The translations under genes were made by a program, and so were the position numbers. A stretch of DNA of 64,000 nucleotides from Haliotis cracherodii (lineage: Eukaryota). The notes under the pieces are model-generated. The model made no database searches. It saw only the letters and a program-made list of their open reading frames with translations, and was not told the DNA's origin. Shown here piece by piece: positions 11,712 to 22,992 of this stretch (position 1 is the stretch's first letter; each line of letters starts with the position of its first letter). The stretch covers positions 19,530,001-19,594,000 of the forward strand of contig NW_027266330.1 in NCBI RefSeq assembly GCF_022045235.1, given 5' to 3'.

Positions 11712-13881
11712 TTACTGCACCAATTGGAATGAACCTGTTCCTTGATTTGGTTTCTGACTGGGTACGCCAAGGGGTGCCGATGTAAGAGGCATGTTCTCTT
11801 CATCAGAGTTCTCATCGTGGGATGTTCGTCCTTTGCTTATCTTCTCCAGATAAACCGGTGAATGTTTTCTCTTCTGACCCGCTAGTCGTGGAGCTGGTCT
11901 AGGAAAAGCTTCTTGGGATCGTGTGTTGGTGTTTTTTTCGGTCATAGAGATCAACTCTTCCTGGACTGATCGGTGGGTTCTAGGGTTTCTCTCTCTCAGT
12001 CCTACCCGGTCATGATCATTTTGTCTGCTAGCAATATCCCTACTTCTACACTTACTCCTTAAATATGCAATACTAAGTATAAATATAACTATAACCACTA
12101 CACATACTCCAATAATAGCATAAGAAATGGCTAAGGTACTTGATGGATTAGACTGAATACCATTATTAAAATTGATATCTTCATCTGCAATATCTAGATC
12201 ATCCAGTAATTCATCAATGTTATCGACCGGTTCTATCGGTGGAATTTTAAACTGGGTAGTTCCCTTAGTGGACGTTACCAATTTAGCCGTGGGTTTGGAA
12301 ATTGGCGTCGTATACATTTCCAGACTTAGTTCCTTATGGAAACTAGGTCTAATTTTATATTGCGACTCAGGCCTCAAATAAACTGGCAAGCTAAAGTGAG
12401 TCGAGTGTGCGGAGCATCAGATGGGTTTGGATATCACACTTGCCCCCGCCTCTACTGATATAGTAGTGGGTAATTCGGAGTCTGGAGGAAGACAAGCTAA
12501 CTCAATATCTAATCTTTCCTTAGTAAACACTAACCATTTGCCTCTCGCTAATGATTTAATAATAGGAGTGTCTGACGGAGGTTTAATTTCGCTTTCACAA
12601 TTTTCCTTTATCTAATCTGATTTTTTGTAAAAACAGCGAGGTTATACACTCTGGAACCATCGTGGTAACATAAGTAGCCGCAATCAGGGGACAATACGCT
12701 ATATCCTGTCTCGTACAAGATGAAACTTCAGTTTTGTCTAATAGTGTGTATTTTCCTTTATCAGGTGATATCGCCAAAAAGTCGGTCTCGGTTTGGAAGG
12801 TATATGTTGTATTTCCGACTACATTCGGAGTAGGTACCATTACCATTTTGTATAACTCAAAGTACACTGAAATTTGTAGTAGCGGTATCGCCGTTATTAC
12901 ATGGAAGGAATTTCGATCATGTAAAAGCGTAGAATGGAAGTTTTGATAGTACAATTTGAAGGTATCCTTGCTTACTACGTAAGGTAGTCTTTGTGTAGGT
13001 GGTAACCTCCGTTTCAGGGTATACAAGACCTTACGTAGGGCATGTACAGGAATTAATGTCCTAGAGATCTGTCCTTGTATACATCTTATCACTTGATTAA
13101 ACATATCTTGAAAAGTCGCACCCAGGGAGTCAATTGCATTGTTTAACAAATGAAACATAGCGTGAATTTGACCTACTGTTTCCGTATAGGATATTACTGG
13201 CTTCATTCCCAGACTAATTTTGTCGTATAAATCATAAATTTTGGTAGCCATAGTAACCGTGAGATTTCCCAGCCTATTTATACTTGCTCGGTTTACCTGA
13301 ATGTCTGTATTCGTAACGTTTAATATAGTAAGGCTACGTTCTAGTTCATGGATAACCTTTTCCTGGCTATTTCTTAAAGAATTTATGTTCTGCCTAACTC
13401 TATCCATCTCGTCCTGACTTGCTGTACCGAATAATTGGGACAGGAATCCGCCTACATTCAGTAGCGCTCTCTTCTGTCTTTTTCGTTTGCCCTGCGTCCG
13501 TGTAACAGTTTGTAGTTTTCCATACAAAACTCTAAACTTGTTATATTTGTCCAATATCTGTTGGCTCTCCTTTTGTAGCAAAGCCTGAATGCTGTTATGT
13601 ATATATTGATTCACGTCCTCGTATTTACTCGTCGGTATTTCTAATTCGTTCACCGTATTCCGAAACATATGAATATTGTCTTTAATCTTATTTAATTGTC
13701 GGTCATAGGGTCTAAGATCCACTGTGAAAGATATTAGCCAGGGACTATAGGAAGCGTACACGGCGGTCAAGTGTACAAATTTTAGTCCCGCTAAAGCTTT
13801 CCCTGGTTGCACAGACTGCATTAATACAATTATCCCTATAAAGCTTAACACTGAGAGATACCCTAGAACCATCTGTAACAT
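11712..13881 (-). pseudogene. env: Envelope (class I fusion, baculovirus F/errantivirus env-like) glycoprotein, ~720 aa, with one frameshift (~12621) and one stop (~12418)
   Basis: Signal peptide MVLGYLSVLSFIGIIVLM; RKRQKR|ALLNVGGFLSQLFGTA furin site plus fusion peptide; heptad region; Cys-rich segment. The bridging frame IKENCESEIK...KPI*CSAHSTHFSLPVY joins ORF 12595-13881 to ORF 11712-12389, which has a TM helix (LAISYAIIGVCVVVIVIFILSIAYL) and a ~105-aa tail. Confidence 0.88.
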
Positions 13882-13912
13882 ACAATTTTAACAAGTTTGT
13901 ATTCATTCATTA

Positions 13913-13914
<2 letters not shown>

Positions 13915-13962
<48 letters not shown>
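13915..13962. repeat. (TA)n microsatellite between pol and env
   Basis: Direct sequence. Confidence 0.95.
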
Positions 13963-13964
<2 letters not shown>

Positions 13965-14382
13965 AAGCACATACATACATATATAGTTCCCATACTTAAT
14001 CCCGCCATACTATACTCGTATGCAGAGACATAACCAGTAGTTTTACTTATCTTGGCGTGACAGTACATTCCTGACGTCGCCCTGAACCGTGATTACTTGC
14101 GTTCAAGTAAATCAGGTACCTACTCCGACAATTCAACTTACTGAATTAAGTCGTGAGTTTGCCATCTGGGACCTTTACCATAGGCCTATCAGTCTCATCA
14201 CTTTACTGGTTAGTCCAGGATTCCCCGTTTCTGAAACTTCCTCCGAATCGTCGAACTCTATTTCGGTTTCACTGTCTGAATAAGTCTGCTCCATTCTGGC
14301 CCTTTTTTCCTGTTCGTTTACATGAGGGATAAGACCACCCTCCTTTTCAGACCTTCCCTACAAGAAATTGGACTATCCACGT

Positions 14383-15796
14383 CTATAGTCTCCTCAGTAG
14401 GGGAAACGGCTGACCAATGCACGAGCGGTAACTCGTCTTCTGTGTCGTACGAACTGTCACTGTCACTAGACTAAGTCCGTCATTACTCAAGGCCCTTGTT
14501 TCCTCAGCGTCAGCCTCGTTCGGGTCAAGAGGTCCTTGACCTCGTACAAGTGCATCGTTCGCACCTGCCGGTTGGTCGGAATCTGCCTCGGGGTCAGTAT
14601 CCATACTCTCTTCCCCCGAGCTGTAACCTTGCGGTTCTGTCCCTCCTAATTGGTTGTGTTCGTAGTTTCACTGGTAATTCCTTCCTAGCCTTCCCTACCT
14701 TAACCTTATTCAGTATCGGTTGGTATTGTTCCCTTTCCTCATCCCAAGTATTGTCGGGATGTGCCTCCCTTATATTTTCTGCGTGTACTAATTTTGTCTT
14801 CCCTGTCATCTGGTGTCTTATCCTAAAATTCACTGGTGAAATCTGTTCAACTATCCTGTAGTACGGTTTCCACTTTGAGGTTAGTTTCGCTGACACTTCC
14901 AACAAGGTGGTTGGGTCATAGTGGTATACTGCATCACCTACTTTAAACTTTAAACTGGATTTTGTTCTTAGCCCTACTTTCTCCCATATTCTGCTTTACT
15001 TCTAAAAAGGCTGTATTCAATCGCTGCAACATAGTAGGAACATAATCCTCCCCCATGTATTTAAGCTTGGGTTCTAACAGCGTGTCCATTGGTAATAACG
15101 GGTCTCTCCCATACATCAAGAAGTATGGTGTAAACTTTGAGCTCTCATTCACAGATGTACTTATCCCAATCGGTCTGCCTTCTATTGACATACTTACTCA
15201 TTGTGTCCTTCAGAAACCTTTGAAACCTCTCTGTTTCCCCGTTTGATGCTGCATGATAAGCTGAAGTTCTGATGTGATTTATATTTAATTGACCTGTAAG
15301 TTGGCTAATTACATCATTACAGAATTCAGTTCCCCTGTCCGAAATAATTCTTTTAGGGCAAGCATGTCTGGTATTATTTCTTCTAACAATACTCTGGCTA
15401 CCGTCTCTGCTTTCTTATCCGGAACAGGTATAACTTCGGGCCATCCACTAAAATGATCTATAATAGTGAGCATATACCTGTTCCCATTGTCACTCAGAGG
15501 AAAATCTCCACATGTGTCAATGCCAATAATCTGATAGGGATATTCCGGTTGTGGCATGTCTTGCATAAAAACCTTCTGCCTACGTAGCTTTTTAGCGTTG
15601 CACTTATCACATTTGCCCACGTAATTTACTACATCCTTGTACATGTTTGACCAGAAATACCTACTTCGTATCTTGTCATATGTCTTGTCTATGCCCGTGT
15701 GACCACTGTACACATTGTTATGCATACGGTCCAAGATAGTTTGAGACATTTCGCTGGGTATTGCTAACTGTAACGTGGGACTCTTGTTCTTTATTG
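14383..15796 (-). pseudogene. pol: Outer element integrase (frameshifted)
   Basis: HHCC (H-NNVYSG-H...C-DK-C), core IGIDTCG...IIDHFSGWPEV, TPYFLMYGRDP, and GPY/F-type KLTSKWKPYYRIVEQISPVNFRI, spread over several ORFs. Confidence 0.9.
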
Positions 15797-16339
15797 GTCG
15801 TAACTGCCTTTGGGCGTCCAGTGCGACCCTGCTACAGTTACTAAATGTATTGCCGTTCCTGGTCCTTGTGGTCAATTAAGCCATGACATTGCCACTCGCC
15901 TTGTCCACCGCGGCTCGGCTCCGTCAAGGAGTTATTGGTCTAACGACCCTTACTCCAAGTTGTCTGTATCAGCATTCACACACGCATAATAAAGAAACGC
16001 AACACCAGTTTATACTCACATAGTTTTACTTACTCTCAGCCCATCTATCAATACAGGACAGGATCAGACTGGTCAGGCTCGTCACTAGCTGGGGGAAACT
16101 TAGAACGATCGGGATTCGACTCGATCGATTGCAAACCGCGCTCTCCTCTCCTAATGTTGAAGGTATCATTTTATAGTGTTCGAGCCTGGCCTGTCCTTGT
16201 CACATGTCACAATACCTCATTTTGATTCTTTAAAAGTTAGATCTGACCATGAACTCATGCAACTCCTCATTGCAGCTATAATGGTTTTATTTGTTATCAT
16301 TTTTTAATGTTTCTGAGATGCATTTTTAATCTTATAACA
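15797..16339 (-). repeat. Inner element 3' LTR
   Basis: Direct repeat of 24413-24958; one terminal base is missing or changed at 15796; preceded on - by the purine tract aggcggagga (16340-16349). Confidence 0.95.
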
Positions 16340-16656
16340 TCCTCCGCCTGTGGACAAGAGCTGCCCACAGCTCGGAAATTCTAAGCATGAGTTCCGGTCT
16401 GAGATGTAAAATACAATCACAATAAACACAATAGAAGTAAAACAGGATCGATCATTTTCCATATATTAAATTGTAATCAATTTCATTTTTTTTAGAAAGA
16501 TCCGGAAAGCAGCGAATACTTTTACAGTCAAAATGTATTTACCTGGTAAAGAATAAGAGAAATGATCCTATGTTACTTCGTATAACCACAAAGCATAATC
16601 ACCACGAAATATTATTCAAATACAATGTAGAATTAATCAATAGCGATGCATAAATG

Positions 16657-17217
16657 TCAAATGTCACTGCACATGGCCACAATATGGCACCACCATTCAC
16701 GAAAGTTCATTTGTCGCTGGTCCCAATCGAATTCACTGGCTCCTTTCTTGTTTCGAAAAGTCAACTGGCGGAACGCTGCCCAACGTTCTTGAATCTTTGA
16801 AAACACACGGCCTATGCACACAGTCAGGTCCTCGGCTGGGGTGGCAAAGCGAGGTCGATTTTTCTTTACACTGCTTGAGTGTTGACCAGTCTCTGTCTAA
16901 AGATGTTGTATGCCGATAGAGTCACAGCGTGTATGCGGGGGACGCGAGCACCTGTATATGTAGACGGCGCTGGTGCTGACAGATATGGATAACCCTCTGT
17001 GGCTTGCGGTCTGTGTTTTAGCGGCAGAGGTGATAGGACAGTGTTCATCCTCGACAGAAAGCGTGTAGCCAGAAGCCAGATTAATGAGTTGACGTGGACC
17101 AGACGACAGCGGGGGAAGTGCTTGACTCTCCGCCCTATAGAATGGGGTACGGCCATCATCTACAACACTTAAAAATACTGGTAATTCACGAAGAACAAGT
17201 GAATAATACCATACCAA
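16657..17217 (-). pseudogene. Inner element accessory ORF4 (~186 codons, one in-frame TAG at 16897-16899), unknown function
   Basis: ORF 16897-17217 continues in the same frame past TAG (TETGQHSSSVKKNRPRF...EFDWDQRQMNFREWWCHIVAMCSDI*). It sits in a GC-richer block and is preceded by the acceptor-like tttctatag. Confidence 0.45.
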
Positions 17218-17912
17218 CTATAGAAATATGAACACATATGAAGATGTGACAGCAACAGCTCAGACTTCTGCTTGTAAAAATAAGACTATATAAACAATAA
17301 TAGTCTTCTGGCACATGCATATCTGCATATAAGGATGATAACGGCAGGAATCGAATTTTTTGATTAATTGTTACAGGTCCAATTGCGTAGCCAAATATTA
17401 TCATAAAAGACATTAATAAGCACGATCAAATCGCAAAACCCATGGACTGCTTGAACGGACTAACTATCATAAAATTCTAATCAACAACATTCAGCAAATG
17501 CTTTGTAGTTATCAATAACAAAAGGAACAACATATAAAATTATCAAGGGATGGACTGAGAGTACACATTGATACACACATAATGGACGATCAAAGACCTA
17601 GAATTACGTTTACATGAAGCAATTATTAGATAACCATGAACACGTATGCGTATAAATATATCCTTGCACTAGCAAGATAATCGGCGACTATATGTCGTTA
17701 GGATGCTTATCCGTTACCAACCTTAACTAAGTTTCATTAATCACTAACAATCCTACTTGGTAACAATAAAACAATGTCGCCATATGGTTCCTATAAACAC
17801 TCTCGTAGTACACTTATAAGAGGGGGGTAAAAATAGATGAAGGTGAGACGGACAGAAGAAGAGAAACGTATAGTTGAAAAGTAGTGAAGTCGAAGTAGCG
17901 GTTAAATCAACC

Positions 17913-18662
17913 TTACTCGAAATCCGACCACGCTATTTCTAACCGAGGCATGTCGGGATCGAAAGATGACGACCCACTGCTGGGCGAGTCGATGCGGCTT
18001 GGTGATAGGGGCCGTGGAGAAACTAGCGGAGGAGAGAAACGCCTCTCTTCTGGTAAACGCTGTAAGGTAAGTAACGGAGCACTAGAAGACCGTCGTGAAA
18101 TTTGATGGCGTCGAAGACAGTCTTCCAGCAGAGGAAGTGACGCCGTATCGGATACCACAGGGGTCACTAATGGGGCATTAAAAGTGGATGAAATAGGCGT
18201 ATGGCGCACAATTCGACACGACAGCAGCCCATACTCTATCTCCAGAAAGTCCAAAAATTGGACAGACGCTGTGAGATGTAATGGCAAGATATGGCTGGCC
18301 CGCGTTATCCATAATTCCATGGTGCGAAAGGGGGCCGTTCTGGATAATGCAGTCTGCGCACAGGCAAGGAACAGGTATTGTGATCGGAAATACTCCGCCA
18401 ATATCGTCACCTGTTCCAACGCCGCATCGTCCATTTTTCGAAGTTCAATTAGGCAGGGTAATAAACCTGCCAAGTACAAAACCACCCTCCAAAATGGTAG
18501 CGCGCGGAAATATATCGGACAGCTGATAGTCGTGTAGGAGCGCGGACCTTCAGCTATACGAGCCGAATATCCTCGTATGGTGTCCGCTAGTGTCGGGTCA
18601 ACTACCAAGACCTTATCATAAGCTAACCATTGGAAATAAGCATTGTTGTTGAGGGCATCCAT
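17913..18662 (-). CDS. Inner element accessory ORF3, 249 aa, BTB/POZ-like N-terminal half and Ser/Pro-rich tail
   Basis: Uninterrupted ORF from ATG 18662. FWRVVLYLAG...ALEQVTILAEYFRSQYLFLACAQTAL resembles the BTB helices F..IL.YL..G...L..L..A.YF.L..L...C...L. Confidence 0.6.
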   Translation of the reverse strand: MDALNNNAYFQWLAYDKVLVVDPTLADTIRGYSARIAEGPRSYTTISCPIYFRALPFWRVVLYLAGLLPCLIELRKMDDAALEQVTILAEYFRSQYLFLACAQTALSRTAPFRTMELWITRASHILPLHLTASVQFLDFLEIEYGLLSCRIVRHTPISSTFNAPLVTPVVSDTASLPLLEDCLRRHQISRRSSSAPLLTLQRLPEERRFSPPLVSPRPLSPSRIDSPSSGSSSFDPDMPRLEIAWSDFE

Positions 18663-18680
18663 GATCAAAAGTTTAACTGA

Positions 18681-18870
18681 CTGAGAAAGGAGCAAGAGGA
18701 TAAATAGCAAAAATCTCAACAATAAAATCCTTTACAAGGGAATGAGCCAAATAGCACAAAGACACCCTGTACAATGTGATAGACAAAAGTGAAAAAACAA
18801 CGTCTCACCGATACAAGTGAAAGAAGCGACGAGAGTGGGGTCGCTTGTAGGGTTGTAGGGGCCTTAAATA
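18681..18870 (-). promoter_or_regulatory. Putative internal promoter and 5'UTR intron for ORF3
   Basis: TATTTAA (18870-18864), Inr-like CCACTCT (A at 18836), donor cg|GTGAGA (18808), pyrimidine tract plus ttctcAG acceptor (18681) just upstream of the ATG. Confidence 0.5.
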
Positions 18871-19390
18871 CCTAGTATACCCTACCGACCATGATGCAGA
18901 GGGTAACACGTGGCCTGTCGTTAAAAGGTTTTTTAAAACAAAGACATTAAATTATAAAGTAACACGTGCCAAAATATCCTATTTGGGCACAGAAAACCAT
19001 CATCATTATTTCAAGGCAGCTGGCAAAAATGGAGAGGTCAACATAGCTTTTTAAAAAACCTCAGAGGATACTGCCCTCGATGTGAATCATGTCAGAGGCA
19101 ACGGAAAAGCGACTCCACAATGTTGAAGTACCATAAAACACCTGTCGTGGAAGGAAGGAATCGTTTTAAACGAAACGCCATTAGCCAACTTACATAAATT
19201 TTTCCAGAAATATATATAGATTGTGTCGGGGTTTGAATTTGCAAATTGTGACAATCAAACAGTAAATAATAAGTGAGGAATACCTGCTGAATACGAAAAT
19301 TAGTTAAAGGATTTCCAGCCGTTAACGTGAGGTCCCGGGGACAAAGATAAAACTGTGAGACCATAATTTCATGACAAGCAAAGGAATTTG

Positions 19391-22300
19391 TCAAATGTAA
19401 AACCTTGTCTTCCTGTCATAGTAATATTTCGCTTTGTTGTGGGCCTCTTGTAAATTGGTACGCGCCAATTTTCTAGTAACGTCTTTATGATGTAAAATTA
19501 CATCAAGCCGTTGCTTAATTGTTTGTGGTAGGGGTTCAAATGATTGTAATTCAACATCAACGGGTACTGAGCATTCTTGACCAAACAGGAGAAAGTAGGG
19601 TGAAAACCCAGTACTCTGCGTTGCCGGGCTAGTGTTATAGGCAAACATAACACCAGGGAGAAGCTCATCCCAATTGTCCTGGTTATCATTGATAAATATG
19701 CGGAGCGTTTGCACGATAAACGAATTTAGTCTTTCACAAGCTCCGTTGGTTTGTTGGTGATAACTACTAGTTTTCAATGGTTTGATCCCCAATATTGAAC
19801 ACACCGCTGTAAAGAGTTTGCTGGTAAAGGAAGTGCCATTATCAGTCAATAACACTCTGGGGATACCATAAACACAAATGTATTTTGAGTAGAATGTCTT
19901 GGCTACTTCCACAGCCTCCAACGAGGAAATCGGAATAGCCACGCTCCATCGGGAAAATGCGCAAGTTAACAAAAAAACATACCTATGACCTGCTTTTGTG
20001 GGTGGTAACGGCCCTAGGAAGTCAGCTTGAACACGATCAAACAATTTACCAGGGACTGGTACATGACAAAATATACTGCTTTATGTCCTCCAGCATATGA
20101 TGCCAATAGTACTTCTGTCTAATAGCATTGAATGTTCTGTCAATACCAACATGTCCAGCCAACAAGCTGTCATGGTATGCTTGTAAAACATGTTTTACCA
20201 ACGACTGAGGTATCACCAGTTGACGAATGATTCTGTCTTTCCTGTGGCCCCGGCCGGGCGGCGCATACAAGTGGTACAATATGTCATTGTCAAGGATAAA
20301 ATCCTGGCTTTGTAACAATAATGTACGTGTGGCCTTGTCATCAGTAGAAAAGGTTTGAGACTTAATGCAATCAATCAGCGCCCGTAGTTTATGGTCGTCA
20401 TATTGCCTCTGTGCTATGGAGTAATCTCCTAGGGGGTCGGACGTTACACTGAGAGGGTCGTTAATTGTGGAGGCATCATACAACTCTGATGTTACATCTG
20501 TTGCAGTCACAATCGATATTTGGTCGCCGTGGTCATCGGACTTGGCGAGAACATTGTCTGTACTGTTCGTATCAGTAGCAAACAAATAGGGGACATCTGA
20601 AAGTGGGTCATCTAACCCTGGTGGGCATTCTGGGTAAGGCAATCTGGACAAGAAATCTGCGTTACCCAAGTTTTTGCCTGGCCGATACTGAACTGTGAAA
20701 GTGTAATCACTCAATAAGAGTGACCAGCGGCTCAGTCTGGCTGAGCGGTCCTTATTGTCTTTCAAAAACTGTAAAGCTCTGTGATCTGTCACTACAGTAA
20801 ATGGGGCATGTGTCAAATATACCTTGAAATGTTTGATACCTGAAACTACTGCTAAACATTCTTTTTCTGTAATTCCATAGTTTTTCTCTGTTTTTGACAG
20901 AGCACGACCACTGTAGGCTCTGTTACTGGCATCTTTTTGACCGAGCAAATACCCTAGAGCGTCATCACTAGCATCTGTGTATAGGATAAATGGTTTTTCA
21001 AAATCTGGGAATGCTAAAATGGATGGTTTTAGCAAAGCAGATTTGAGGGTTTGAAATGCCTGTTCTTGTGCTTCCGTCCAAACAAATTTTGTATCCTTTT
21101 GCAACAATGAATGAGCTGCTACTTTGGAGAAACATTGAATGAAGCGACAATAAAATCCTACCATTCCGAGGAAACTTTTAACGTCTTTAGGCGTTGTTTG
21201 CGTCGGAAACGAAGCTATCACGCTAGTATTTTCAGGGTCTACTTGTACTCCACTATTTGAAAAAATATGTCCCAAGTAAGCAACTGACAGTTTAGCAAAT
21301 TGGCATTTTGATGGCTTCGCTTTCAAATTTGCGTTGCGTAGGCACAAAAATACTTCTTCTAAATCTGCTAAATGTGTTTCAAAATCCGAGGAGAAGCACA
21401 AAACATCATCTAAACAGCACATTGTTTTACGCCAATTGAGATTGCGGAAAACGTCATTGATCAGTCTTTGAAATGTTGCTGGGGCAGAAGCCAGACCAAA
21501 GGTCATACGATTGAAGTGATAGGTACCACTAGCTGTCACAAATGCACTTTTAGGTTTACTTTCTTCATTCAGCGCTAATGGCCAATATCCCGCTGCCAGA
21601 TCTATAGTTGTGTAATATTTTGCATGTGCTGTGCCCAAAACATCAAGAACATCTTCTAATCTCGGCATTGGGAATACTATCGGCAATGAGCACGAATTCA
21701 CAACTCTGTAGTCGATGGCTAGACGCCATGATGGAGTAGAACCCTTGGCCTGTTTCTTAGGCACCATAACAACTGGAGAAGCCCAGGGGCTATCATGATC
21801 TGGTTCAAATATGCCTAAATCTACTAACTCCTGAACTTGACGATCTATCTCTACACGCATAGCAGGATTTGTACGGTAAAATCGTTGCCTAACGGGTGGG
21901 GCATCTCCTGTAGCAATATCTCCTGCATGCACTGAATCATTTAACCCAATTTCTGAGAGATTAATGGCAAAACAGTCGCGATACCTGGCTATCAACTGAC
22001 CTATTTGTGCTTGTTGCTCCTGTGACAAGTGGGATGAAGAAAAATCAATATTCAACTCACTTAATCTCGCGTCTATTTCTGACTGAGAGAGGGAGGGTTC
22101 CGATTCGGAGGGGTAATGTGACTGTAGGGGTGTAATTTCATCGGAGTGTACCAAAGTGAAATGAGCAACTTCATGACCTTTTGGAATGTCCACAGCAAAA
22201 TCGTTAGTGTTAATGACTTGGTACACGCTTTTCCCTGAACTTGCCGAAACAAGACAACGAGCACCAACAACCTGATGTGTTTCCGACAGGACTGGGTTAG

Positions 22301-22992
22301 GTTCACATATGCCTACCTGATCAGACGGGGAGCAACCCATGTAAACTGGGAATATGATTTCAGACTGAGGGGGAATTGTGAATGCCTGCAGTGCTCGAAC
22401 CGGGATGGTTTCCTGCTCTACCGTCTGTGGATAGGGGTCCGATACTAGGGGTGGGATATCATTGTTTGCCCAAATGGAAACAACTGATGAGCCATTTTGA
22501 AGAGTTAAAGTGCAAGATTGGAAATTTAAGACAGCATCTTTCTGAATCAGAAAATCTAATCCTAAAAACATTGGTGACGCTAACTCTGCAACTACTTGAA
22601 AGCGTTGTTCCATTTGAAAATCACCAATTGTGATGGGAAGTAAAACTTGTCCTAATACTGGTACAATATTTTGACCTTTTCCCTGAAGAGAGGTCACATC
22701 AGACTTTTGAATGGGGATTTCTTTCCACAGACCCGAGTCATAAAAAAACTTCCCGACTTAAAATACTAATAGAAGCGCCTGAATCCACAATTGTAGAAAC
22801 TAATTGGTCTCCCAAAATAACATGAATCCTATGCTTGTTGTCATCTTTTGAAGTGACTTGCAAAACAGGCGATTGAGGACGACTGTAACTTGGTGAAATA
22901 GTAACCGGCGACTCACGCGAGTGCAAGTTAGTGGGGACAAAAACATGCTCAGCACAGTGGCAATGTGGCTTGCGTGGTCGGGAATTTAATTG
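19391..22992 (-). pseudogene. pol: Inner element pol (protease-RT-RNaseH-integrase), disrupted
   Basis: Protease IVDSGAS; RT SPWASPVVMVPKK...DYR...MTFGL...CLDD (catalytic YxDD mutated); RNaseH LYTDAS...EKECLA...TDH; IN H..GH...YYW, DFLGPLP, TDNG, ERLN. Frameshifts at about 22740 and 20046; IN C-terminus truncated. Confidence 0.93.

Noticed and set aside
18663-18722. Apparent signal peptide MLRFLLFILLLLSQSVKLL on ORF3 suggesting a second env
   Set aside because: It starts at TTG and is the translation of a polypyrimidine tract/acceptor; no furin site, fusion peptide or C-terminal TM anchor.
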